This document shows positions 1 through 8,397 of a stretch of 49,287 nucleotides of DNA, one piece after another. Both the position numbers and the translations under genes were made by a program. The stretch lies in the UHGV virus genome UHGV-0210521; one strand, written 5' to 3'. The notes under the pieces are model-generated. The model saw nothing but the letters and a program-made list of their open reading frames with translations. It made no database searches and was not told where the DNA came from. Position 1 is the stretch's first letter, and each line of letters begins with the position of its first letter. The stretch is from a virus.

Positions 1-2460
1 AACGATCCAGACAATCTGGAAGGCAACCTGACTGCCTATGTGCAGGCGTTCTCACCGAACGCGCGTGACGTGATGCAGTCTTACAGTTTCTTCAACGTGA
101 TCGACCGGCTCGACCGATCGGGACTCTTGTTCCAGATTCTTGACGCGTTCACCGCCCCTGATGTTGATCTGTCTCCGAAAGCGGTCTCGAACGCCGACAT
201 GGGCACCATTTTCGAAGAGCTTATCCGCCGTTTCAATGAGCTCTCGAACGAAACCGCTGGCGAACACTTCACACCCCGTGAGGTCATTAACCTCATGGTC
301 AACATCTTGTTTGAACCGGACATGGACGTGATTTGCGAGCCAGGGTTCATGGCCTCGCTGTATGACCCAGGGGCAGGCACAGGTGGCATGTTATCCACCG
401 CGATTGAGCAAGCCCACGACCTGAACGACCGAGCACGCATTGAAGTCTACGGACAAGAGCTCAACCCGCAAACCTATGCGGTGGCGAAATCGGACACTCT
501 CATCAAGGGTGAGGATGCCGACCGAATCTACTTCGGCAACTCCTTAACGGACGATAAGACTGCTGGGCGGACATTCAACTATATGCTGTGCAATCCACCG
601 TTTGGAGTTGAATGGAAGAAGTACGCTGACCCGATCAAGGAAGAAGCTGAGAAGCGGGGCTGGAATGGCCGCTTCGGCGCAGGGCTGCCGAGGATCTCGG
701 ACGGCTCATTCTTGTTCTTGCAGCACATGATCTCCAAAATGAAGCCCTACAATCCGAACGACACTCAGAAATCTCCGGGCACGCGCATCGCGATCGTGTT
801 CAACGGCTCACCCCTGTTCACAGGTGCTGCTGGGTCAGGTGAATCCAACATCCGGCGTTGGATCCTTGAAAACGACTGGCTCGAGGCGATCATCGCCCTG
901 CCTGACCAGATGTTCTATAACACGGGGATACTTACCTACATTTGGGTGCTCTCCAACCGCAAGGAACCCCGACGCAAGAACAAGGTACAGCTCATTGACG
1001 CCACCGGCTTCTTTGATCGGATGCGCAAACCACTGGGCGAAAAACGCAAATACCTCACCGAGGACAACATCGCTGACATTGCACAGATCTATGGCAGTTT
1101 CACTGAAGGTGAGCATTCAAAGATTTTCGACACCACCGAGTTCGGCTTCCGTGAGGTCACAGTAGAACGCCCACTACGGTTGAACTTCCAAGTCAGTCCC
1201 GAGCGCATTGAGCGACTGTGGGAACAAACCACATTCAAGAACCTTGCCAGCTCGAAGAAACGCAGCGAGCCTGCACGCAGCGCCGAAATCCAAGCAGGCA
1301 AGAACGCCCAGATTGCTATCGTCAGTGCGCTCGATAGCCTTGACGGTGAGGTGATGTGGAAGAACCGCGACGAATTCACAAAGGTTCTCAAAGCTGCTTT
1401 CAAAGAGCTTGGTTTGACGGTGCGCGCACCGCTACTCAAAGCGATCCTTGCTGCTCTTGGTGAAACTGATCCGAGTGCGGATATCTGCTACGGCGCGAAA
1501 GGTAACGTAGAGCCAGACCCTGCTCTGCGCGACACCGAGCAAGTCCCACTCGCTGAGGATATCGACGCCTACGTTCAACGTGAAATCATCCCATACGCCG
1601 CCGACGCCTACGTCGACCCGGATAAGACGAAGATTGGCTACGAGATCCCCTTCACGCGCTACTTCTACCAATACGAAGAACTCGGCGACCCCACCGAGAC
1701 CCTCGCCGAAATCCAAACGCTCGGTGCCGACATCCAAGCAGCCATCGCCAAACTATTCAGTGAGCAGTGCAAGCGTGAACTGATCGCCCACACCGTCACC
1801 AAAGGCCTCAACCCCGACGCCCCAATGAAAGACAGCGGTATTGACTGGATTGGGAAGATTCCAAATCACTGGCATTCTCGTTCTCTGAAATCTCTGTTGA
1901 CCCGTAAATCGCGTAAGGGTGAGCCTTCCTGGAGAGTTCTTTCTGTTGAACGTGAGCGTGGGGTTGTAGATCGTGAACTTGAAGGGTCGCCAGATAATAA
2001 CAACCGTCTACCAGATGATTTGAGTGGTTATTTGGTAGTTCGGAACGGCCAATTTGTTATGAACAAAATGAAGGCTTGGCAAGGATCATATGGAGTGTCG
2101 CTGTATGACGGGATTGTCAGTCCTGCGTATTACACCTTCGATTTAGCGTCTTCCGTGGATTCTGAATTCTTCAACTGGGCTATACGGTCAAAAGCATATA
2201 TTCCCTTCTTTGGCAGGGATTCTTACGGAATTCGCACAGATCAATGGGACTTTAAGGTACAGGCGCTCCGAAATATTCCACTATTTGTTCCTCCGGTGGA
2301 AGAGCAAAGGCAAATCGTTGACTACCTTGTTCAACGGCTGAAAGGGATCGATGGTTTGATTACCGATTTGGATCGTCAGGTTGAGTTGTTGAGGCGGTAT
2401 CGCAAGCAGGTTATTAACGATGTGGTGACGGGCAAGATCCGTGTCAGTGAGGAGGCATGA
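1..2460 (+). CDS. hsdM: Type I R-M N6-adenine DNA methyltransferase HsdM (5' end outside window) fused in-frame to a half-size HsdS specificity module (one target-recognition domain plus one conserved region, from about nt 1825)
   Basis: Reading frame is open from nt 1 (no stop before the ATG at 40). MTase motifs YDPGAGTGGML and LCNPPFGVEWKK. C-terminal ~210 aa (IDWIGKIPNHW ... IPLFVPPVEEQRQIVDYL ... VVTGKIRV) resemble HsdS TRD plus conserved region; no stop separates M and S parts. Confidence 0.8.
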   Translation, partial: NDPDNLEGNLTAYVQAFSPNARDVMQSYSFFNVIDRLDRSGLLFQILDAFTAPDVDLSPKAVSNADMGTIFEELIRRFNELSNETAGEHFTPREVINLMVNILFEPDMDVICEPGFMASLYDPGAGTGGMLSTAIEQAHDLNDRARIEVYGQELNPQTYAVAKSDTLIKGEDADRIYFGNSLTDDKTAGRTFNYMLCNPPFGVEWKKYADPIKEEAEKRGWNGRFGAGLPRISDGSFLFLQHMISKMKPYNPNDTQKSPGTRIAIVFNGSPLFTGAAGSGESNIRRWILENDWLEAIIALPDQMFYNTGILTYIWVLSNRKEPRRKNKVQLIDATGFFDRMRKPLGEKRKYLTEDNIADIAQIYGSFTEGEHSKIFDTTEFGFREVTVERPLRLNFQVSPERIERLWEQTTFKNLASSKKRSEPARSAEIQAGKNAQIAIVSALDSLDGEVMWKNRDEFTKVLKAAFKELGLTVRAPLLKAILAALGETDPSADICYGAKGNVEPDPALRDTEQVPLAEDIDAYVQREIIPYAADAYVDPDKTKIGYEIPFTRYFYQYEELGDPTETLAEIQTLGADIQAAIAKLFSEQCKRELIAHTVTKGLNPDAPMKDSGIDWIGKIPNHWHSRSLKSLLTRKSRKGEPSWRVLSVERERGVVDRELEGSPDNNNRLPDDLSGYLVVRNGQFVMNKMKAWQGSYGVSLYDGIVSPAYYTFDLASSVDSEFFNWAIRSKAYIPFFGRDSYGIRTDQWDFKVQALRNIPLFVPPVEEQRQIVDYLVQRLKGIDGLITDLDRQVELLRRYRKQVINDVVTGKIRVSEEA

Positions 2461-5400
2461 TGGATACGTCGGAGCGCAGGTTTGAGTCCGAGATCGAATA
2501 CTGGCTGACTACCCAGGGAGCGGAGTTTGACCGGTTTGAGACGCGTGACTCGCAGGGTTTTGATCGCGAGCTGTGCATGTATCCAGCTGACCTGATCCAG
2601 TTTGTGAAAACTACGCAACCGGATCAGTGGGCCAAACTGGAGCGGGCCTATCACGGTCGAGCCGAGGAACGTTTCGCGAAACGTGTGGCTGATCAGTTGG
2701 ATCAGCGTGGCGTGATTGAGATGCTGCGGCGCGGTGTAGAGGATGTTGGTGCCCGCTTTAAGCTGGTCTATTTCGCTCCGGGTACGGATTTGAATGAAGC
2801 TCTGGCAGAGAAATACTGGCAAAATCAGATGAGCATCATGCGGCAGGTGCATTATTCGACGAAGAATGAGAACTCTGTTGACACGGTACTGCTGGTGAAC
2901 GGCATCCCGTTGGTAACACTCGAGTTGAAAAATCAGCTGACTGGGCAGACATATCGTGATGCGATCCGTCAGTACAAGATGGACCGTTCCCCGTCGGAAA
3001 AGCTCTTCGCCCTGGGTAAACGTGCGGTGGTGCACTTCGCGGTTGATACCGATGAGGCGTGGATGACTACGAAGCCCGCCGGGCTCGACACCGTGTTCTT
3101 GCCGTTTAATCGTGGCGTGAATAATGGTGCTGGGAACCCGCCTGTGGAGGGCAAGTTCAAGACGGCCTACTTGTGGGAGCAGGTGCTTGCGAAAGACTCG
3201 TTGCTCGACATTCTGCACCGGTTCGTGCAGTTCGTGCCGGGCAAAGATGGAAGTGGTCGGCGGGCGCGGCCGAAAGACAAGGTGATCTTCCCGCGTTTCC
3301 ATCAGTTGGATGCGGTACGAGCACTCGTTAAGGATGCGAAAGAGCAGGGTGCTGGGCACAACTATTTAGTGCAGCATTCAGCTGGTTCGGGTAAGTCGAA
3401 CACGATCGCATGGCTGGCTCACCACTTATCGAATTTGCATGATGACCAGCAGCGGGTGGTTTTCGATTCGATCATCGTGATCACCGACCGACGCGTGCTG
3501 GATAAGCAGCTCCAAGACACGGTGTTTTCGATGGATCACACAGCAGGCGTCGTCGTAAAGGTTGATAAGAACGCCCGCCAGCTCACCGATGCTCTCGGGC
3601 GTGGTTCGCGCATCATTATCTCGACCTTGCAGAAGTTCCCGTTCGTTGACGTGTCCAGCATCGCGACGGACGGGAAGCGCTTCGCGGTGATTGTGGATGA
3701 GGCGCACTCGTCTCAGACTGGGCAGGCTTCGGAGCGGCTGAAGCAGGTGTTGGCTGACACCGCAAAAGCGGGTGAAGAGTCTGAAGCTGAGCTATTGGAC
3801 CGTTACGCTCGTGCCGAGGCGCAGGTGGAGGCTGCAGAGCTTGAGATTGACGAGCAGATCGCGGCGGATATGACGACCCATGGGCGTCAGGCGAATCTGT
3901 CGTTCTTCGCGTTCACGGCCACACCTAAGCAGAAAACCTTGGAGATTTTTGGAACCCCGGTTGCTGGTGGCACTCCGCGCCCGTTCCATGTGTATTCGAT
4001 GAAGCAGGCGATCGAGGAGGGTTTCATCCTCGACGTACTAGAGAATTACACCACGTATAGGACTTACTACAAGATCGGCAAGAAAACGGCTGACGATCCC
4101 GAGTATGGGAAGAAGCAAGCGAACAAGGCACTCGGCAAATACTTGGCGTTGCACCCGCATAATCTGCGGCAGAAAGCCGAGATCATTATCGAGCATTTCC
4201 GCTCCAATGTGGTGCACAAGATCGGCGGTAAGGCCAAGGCAATGCTGGTGACCGGTTCCCGGTTGCACGCGGTGCGCTACTTTTTCGCCTTCCAAGACTA
4301 CATTCGGGCCAAGGGTTATACCGATCTCGGCGTTCTCGTGGCGTTCTCCGGCACCGTCGAAGACGATGGACAGGACTACACCGAGGAGCAACTCAACGGC
4401 TTCCCCGAAGCCGAGCTGCCCGATCGGTTCGACACCGGTGAGTACCAGATTCTGCTGGTGGCCGAGAAATACCAGACCGGGTTCGACCAGCCCCTGCTGC
4501 AGACCATGTATGTGGACAAGAAGCTCCACGGGGTCAAGGCCGTGCAGACCCTGTCGCGGATCAACCGAATGTGCCCGGGCAAGTCAGATACGTTCGTGTT
4601 GGACTTCGTCAACAGCGCTGACGACATTCAGGCGGCGTTCCAAGACTATTACGTGTCGACCTCGATCAGCGAGGAAACCGACCCGAACATCGTCTACGAT
4701 CTCTACCACCTGATCGCCTCCTACCAGCTGTGGCGAGATGAAGAGATCGACGGATTCGCGACCGTGTTCTTCAGAGAGCAAAAGCAGCAGACCAACCTCG
4801 ACTTTGGCAGGCTCAACGCCTACCTCGACCCTGCGGTCGACCGCTTTGACGCGCTTGACGATGAGGAAAAGCTCGAGGTGCGCTCGGCGTTCAACAAGTT
4901 CAACCGCAACTACGAGTTCTTGACCCACATCATCCGCTTCGACGACGAGCAGCTGCATAAGTTCGCCGCATACGCGAAGCTGCTGACCCGCAAGCTCCAC
5001 ATCGACGGCGACCCTGCCCCACACCTGGATGATGAGGTCACCTTGCAGTACTACCGGCTCCAGTCGGTCTATGAGGGTTCCATCGACCTACAAGACCGGG
5101 TGGGTGAGTTGAAGAACTCGCCCAAGCTGGGCATGCCCACCGCGGACGAACGTGAACGGCTCTCGAAGATCCTCGACTCCCTCAACGAACGATGGGGCAC
5201 CGAGTTCACCAACATGGACAAAGTCCTCGAACAAGTCGCCGATGACCTTGCACAAGATGATGAAATTCAACTACGTGCTCACAACACGCTGGACTTGTTC
5301 AAGATCATCTATGACGAGAAGATGCCCGACGTGATGCTCTCACGGATGACGCAGAACCAAGAATTCGCCATGAAGTACCTCTCCGACCCTGTGTTCAGAG

Positions 5401-5474
5401 GTGACGTGGATGCGATCTTACTGCCGCTTATCCATGAGCGCCTCAATCGTCGCGACGAGGATACTGCCGTTTAA
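2457..5474 (+). CDS. hsdR: Type I restriction enzyme HsdR (nuclease plus SF2 ATPase/translocase)
   Basis: 1005 aa; Walker A SAGSGKS, DEAH box AVIVDEAHSS, N-terminal nuclease-like VLLVNGIPLVTLELK; start overlaps upstream stop (ATGA); GGAGG upstream. Confidence 0.85.
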   Translation: MMDTSERRFESEIEYWLTTQGAEFDRFETRDSQGFDRELCMYPADLIQFVKTTQPDQWAKLERAYHGRAEERFAKRVADQLDQRGVIEMLRRGVEDVGARFKLVYFAPGTDLNEALAEKYWQNQMSIMRQVHYSTKNENSVDTVLLVNGIPLVTLELKNQLTGQTYRDAIRQYKMDRSPSEKLFALGKRAVVHFAVDTDEAWMTTKPAGLDTVFLPFNRGVNNGAGNPPVEGKFKTAYLWEQVLAKDSLLDILHRFVQFVPGKDGSGRRARPKDKVIFPRFHQLDAVRALVKDAKEQGAGHNYLVQHSAGSGKSNTIAWLAHHLSNLHDDQQRVVFDSIIVITDRRVLDKQLQDTVFSMDHTAGVVVKVDKNARQLTDALGRGSRIIISTLQKFPFVDVSSIATDGKRFAVIVDEAHSSQTGQASERLKQVLADTAKAGEESEAELLDRYARAEAQVEAAELEIDEQIAADMTTHGRQANLSFFAFTATPKQKTLEIFGTPVAGGTPRPFHVYSMKQAIEEGFILDVLENYTTYRTYYKIGKKTADDPEYGKKQANKALGKYLALHPHNLRQKAEIIIEHFRSNVVHKIGGKAKAMLVTGSRLHAVRYFFAFQDYIRAKGYTDLGVLVAFSGTVEDDGQDYTEEQLNGFPEAELPDRFDTGEYQILLVAEKYQTGFDQPLLQTMYVDKKLHGVKAVQTLSRINRMCPGKSDTFVLDFVNSADDIQAAFQDYYVSTSISEETDPNIVYDLYHLIASYQLWRDEEIDGFATVFFREQKQQTNLDFGRLNAYLDPAVDRFDALDDEEKLEVRSAFNKFNRNYEFLTHIIRFDDEQLHKFAAYAKLLTRKLHIDGDPAPHLDDEVTLQYYRLQSVYEGSIDLQDRVGELKNSPKLGMPTADERERLSKILDSLNERWGTEFTNMDKVLEQVADDLAQDDEIQLRAHNTLDLFKIIYDEKMPDVMLSRMTQNQEFAMKYLSDPVFRGDVDAILLPLIHERLNRRDEDTAV

Positions 5475-5518
5475 ACCCACGCGACCACGGGTCGTGCTTG
5501 CGCACCACTCCAAAGCAT

Positions 5519-5536
5519 GTTAGCATAGTTGCTAAC
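5519..5536. promoter_or_regulatory. Perfect palindrome GTTAGCA-TAGT-TGCTAAC, candidate operator for the downstream HTH regulator
   Basis: 7-bp inverted arms with 4-bp spacer, 22 bp upstream of the ATG at 5558 and just upstream of the AGGAGG RBS. Confidence 0.4.
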
Positions 5537-5557
5537 AACGTTAGGAGGTTGTTTCTC

Positions 5558-5932
5558 ATGGCTGAATCAGAAACCTTTGGCACTTTCCTTGAGCAACATA
5601 GGAAAGACCAAGATCTCACCATGCGCAGGTTCGCAGACATGATCGGAGTCACTGCACCCTATTTGAGCGATATTGAAAAAGGGCGCAGGGCCGCCCCTGA
5701 CGCGAAGCTGGAGAATATTGCTGACGTACTTCACCTCAACCGCGAAGAACGGGAAAAGATGTACGACCTTGCCGCCCTCACGAGGGAGAACCAAGTATCG
5801 ACTGACTTGTCGGGCTATATTATGGAAACCGACATGGCGCGAGTTGCCCTTCGCCGAGCCAAGGAGCGAAATCTTAGTCAGCAACAATGGGCAGACATCC
5901 TCGACATCATCGAAGGTGAGGAGGACAAGTAG
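5558..5932 (+). CDS. XRE-family helix-turn-helix transcriptional regulator
   Basis: HTH segment LTMRRFADMIGVTAPYLSDIEKGRRAP; AGGAGG RBS 8 nt upstream of ATG 5558 (track ORF starts at 5498 but the internal ATG has the RBS). Confidence 0.7.
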   Translation: MAESETFGTFLEQHRKDQDLTMRRFADMIGVTAPYLSDIEKGRRAAPDAKLENIADVLHLNREEREKMYDLAALTRENQVSTDLSGYIMETDMARVALRRAKERNLSQQQWADILDIIEGEEDK

Positions 5933-6603
5933 TGAGTCTTGAGCCGAAATACATCAGCAAAGAAAATCTCGACGAACGGGCAGAAAAGCTCCTGTCGAGA
6001 TATCGAGGTGGCACTCTACTCGCCGTAGCGGCACCGCTCGATATCGAACACTTCGCAGAATTCGAGCTCGACGCCAAACTTGACTACCAGCGACTATCGG
6101 CAGATGACTCTGTGCTCGGAATGTCGGTCTTTCAAGATCTGACACTGCCTGTCGCAAGCGCTAGTGGGGCTCGCGCTCATGTTGAAATCCCTGCAAGAAC
6201 CATCGTGATTGACGATCGGGCGCTGGATGACTCACCAGAAGGTCGATTTCGGTTCACCATCGCACATGAGTGCGCGCACCTGATTTTGCACTCACGAATC
6301 TTTTATCGCGACCCTTCGATGTCATGCCCGAACAAGAGTGGTTACCTTCCGTTTACGGCTGAAACCGAAAATGTAGGGAGTGAGAAGTTCAACCGAGGCG
6401 AGTTTCAGGCTAACTATCTTGGCGCGGCCCTGCTTATGCCAAGGATGACCTTTTCACGGGCATTTCATGAGTTTGTGCCACTGCCATGGGCAGAGATGAC
6501 TGACCGTAATAAGCGTCAAGTCGTCTCGCAACTCGCAGACCTGTTCAACGTATCTCCGACCGCCGCCGCTCTTCGCATCAAACATCTCGAACTGGCCTCG
6601 TAA
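5932..6603 (+). CDS. ImmA/IrrE-family zinc metallopeptidase (HExxH)
   Basis: HECAHLILH motif; GTG start overlaps the stop of the HTH gene by 1 nt (translational coupling). Confidence 0.7.
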   Translation: MSLEPKYISKENLDERAEKLLSRYRGGTLLAVAAPLDIEHFAEFELDAKLDYQRLSADDSVLGMSVFQDLTLPVASASGARAHVEIPARTIVIDDRALDDSPEGRFRFTIAHECAHLILHSRIFYRDPSMSCPNKSGYLPFTAETENVGSEKFNRGEFQANYLGAALLMPRMTFSRAFHEFVPLPWAEMTDRNKRQVVSQLADLFNVSPTAAALRIKHLELAS

Positions 6604-6681
6604 GGATGGGAAGGGCGTGAAGCCTATTTTTTTTAACAAAAGTGTTAGCCAATTAGCGAACAAGCAAATGAGTGGAGGTTG

Positions 6682-6837
6682 ATGGAAACAATCAAGAACG
6701 CAGCAGGCAAGACAATCTGCCGAGTCGATCTGCACAACAAACACATAGAAATTGTCAACAAGGGCTATCGATCGTGGATTTGGTTCGACGCCACGGGCAG
6801 ACTTCACGAACGTCACGAGCCACGACAGCCACCCTAA
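6682..6837 (+). CDS. Hypothetical small protein (51 aa)
   Basis: ATG with GGAGG RBS 5 nt upstream; below the 60-aa ORF-track cutoff; lower GC than surroundings; no recognisable domain. Confidence 0.25.
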   Translation: METIKNAAGKTICRVDLHNKHIEIVNKGYRSWIWFDATGRLHERHEPRQPP

Positions 6838-7016
6838 CCAGGCGACATCGCAAGCACACAACTGAATAAAAACAAGAACAAAGTTCGATCCGCAGAACCG
6901 CTAGACGGGCAAGGATCACGCAATTCCTCCACAAGGAGGCGCGTGAACCTGCCCGTCTTTGCTGTCTCTGCGGCTTGGCGGACTCCTGCGGATCTCAATC
7001 CGACAGGAGAAAACCA

Positions 7017-7745
7017 ATGTCCAAGCGCTCCGACGCTCAAGAAACCTTTCGCACAATCACAATCCGCTTCAAGCACGAAGCAGACAACAACAAGAACGAG
7101 TCCACCACCGACACTTTCGACATCGACCCTGGCGAGTTCGCTCTCATGATCGCTACCGACCGCCAGCAACGCGCCGCAGCTACTGGTGTTCCGCTCGACC
7201 AGGTTAAGCCGCGCACCGCACAGAAAATCCTGGACGAGTTGTGGAACGCAGAAGAAGCAGCCACACATAAGGCGGTTCGCGCCGATCGCGGCAAGGGCAA
7301 GAAGAAATGCACGTGCGGAGCCGGGTGCGGTCCTCGACGTGGATGCCGTCTGCCAAACAACAAGCCCTTTTCGTATGAGCAGATGCTCGACATCGACCTT
7401 GACCCTGCTTCGCCAGGTATCAGCGCTGAAGACCAGGCCATCGAACGTGAGAACAGCGTCCAGCGTGCCCGTGAGCTCAAGGTGATGCGTGACGTCATCG
7501 ACGGGTTGGATCCCCAGCATCGCGAGGTGATGACGCGCCTTCTCGCAACCGACAAGCTCAATCAGGCGCAGGTGGCGCGCGACATGGGGTTGACCCGCGC
7601 TCGGGTATCGCAGCTGGTGGCAGAGGTGAAACCGATGATCCGACAGGCGGTCGAGGATGCCCGATTTAACACTTTCGGCGGTGTCGGCAGTGGGGTGAAG
7701 GGAGAAGCCAACCGGGCTACTCCCACCAACATGGAAGAAAGGTAA
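7017..7745 (+). CDS. Putative phage regulator with C-terminal sigma-70 region-4-like HTH
   Basis: C-terminal LDPQHREVMTRLLATDKLNQAQVARDMGLTRARVSQLV; ATG 7017 preceded by AGGAGA; Lys/Cys-rich segment KGKKKCTCGAGCGPRRGC. Confidence 0.5.
   Translation: MSKRSDAQETFRTITIRFKHEADNNKNESTTDTFDIDPGEFALMIATDRQQRAAATGVPLDQVKPRTAQKILDELWNAEEAATHKAVRADRGKGKKKCTCGAGCGPRRGCRLPNNKPFSYEQMLDIDLDPASPGISAEDQAIERENSVQRARELKVMRDVIDGLDPQHREVMTRLLATDKLNQAQVARDMGLTRARVSQLVAEVKPMIRQAVEDARFNTFGGVGSGVKGEANRATPTNMEER
7663..7704. repeat. Conserved 42-bp element copy A (GATTTAACA-N17-GTCGGCAGTGGGGTGAAGGGAG)
   Basis: Near-identical copies at 13465-13502 and 43902-43943; lies 46 nt upstream of the gene starting at 7751. Confidence 0.6.
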
Positions 7746-7750
7746 GCCCG

Positions 7751-7987
7751 ATGACCCGACATAGTCTCAAGCTTCATATCGCCCGGCACATCCCTGACGA
7801 CCCCGGAATCGTCGCCACCAAGAATGTGACGCTTCGTGAACGGCTCATACGCCTACTGCTTGGCACCCCGCGCAAAGTCATGATCCTTGTCCCTGGTGAC
7901 TCGGTCAAGCAGATCGACATCACCGAAAACACCGATGACGACCTCATGGCCCTGGCCGATGCTCTCAAGGCGGGTGAATCCAAATGA
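7751..7987 (+). CDS. Hypothetical phage protein
   Basis: 78-aa ORF in the co-directional early gene array; no recognisable domain. Confidence 0.45.
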   Translation: MTRHSLKLHIARHIPDDPGIVATKNVTLRERLIRLLLGTPRKVMILVPGDSVKQIDITENTDDDLMALADALKAGESK

Positions 7988-8397
7988 TGATGCCGGAAAT
8001 TAACGCCTTCATTCGTGATGGAAACCAGGCGCTGCGATCGCTTGCTGATTTGCTTTTGCGAGCTCAGCAGATCGTTGAGGAGAGCTTCGAAGACCACGCA
8101 GGAATGCCTGGTGAACGCCCAGAGCTTGCCCTGCAGATCAAGGAACCCTTCGAAACCATCCCAGCCACGCACGCCCAGCCAGAACTACTCGCGGACGAAC
8201 CAGAGATTGAACCTGAACCGGTAGTGACGCTCGAAGAAGTACGTGCTTTTCTTTCCGAACTCTCAGCGCAAGGCCACACCGCAAAGGTTCGTGAGCTGAT
8301 CGTCGAGGCTGGTGCCGACAAGCTCTCAGCGGTGAATCCAGCAAAGTTCGGCTGGCTTCTGGAACGGGCGAAGGAGGTCGCTGATGGCACCGTCTGA
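7984..8397 (+). CDS. Hypothetical phage protein
   Basis: 137-aa ORF; start overlaps the upstream stop (ATGA); no recognisable domain. Confidence 0.45.
   Translation: MMMPEINAFIRDGNQALRSLADLLLRAQQIVEESFEDHAGMPGERPELALQIKEPFETIPATHAQPELLADEPEIEPEPVVTLEEVRAFLSELSAQGHTAKVRELIVEAGADKLSAVNPAKFGWLLERAKEVADGTV

Noticed and set aside
40-2460. ATG at 40 as the hsdM start
   Set aside because: The frame is open from nt 1 and the N-terminal HsdM region is incomplete, so the gene starts upstream of the window.
2376-3359. Long minus-strand ORF (327 aa) antisense to hsdR, and similar long antisense ORFs (e.g. 6834-7520, 18633-19364, 25550-26233, 36030-36761, 37185-38300, 40530-41171)
   Set aside because: High-GC DNA produces long stop-free antisense frames. 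These overlap + strand genes with clear domain signatures and have low-complexity Arg/Ser/Pro-rich translations.
5482-5494. Hairpin CGACC-ACG-GGTCG after hsdR as a terminator
   Set aside because: The stem is only 5 bp and has no U-tract; too weak to call.
6880-6900. tRNA-like T-loop sequence GTTCGATCC
   Set aside because: No flanking complementary stems, acceptor arm or anticodon arm could be built; no tRNA or tmRNA is evident anywhere in the window.
6905-6957. Imperfect inverted repeat GACGGGCAAGG ... CCTGCCCGTC with nested CCTCC-ACAA-GGAGG
   Set aside because: Contains a bulge and a long loop, and lies in the 5' leader of the 7017 gene; it could be a regulatory hairpin but the evidence is insufficient.
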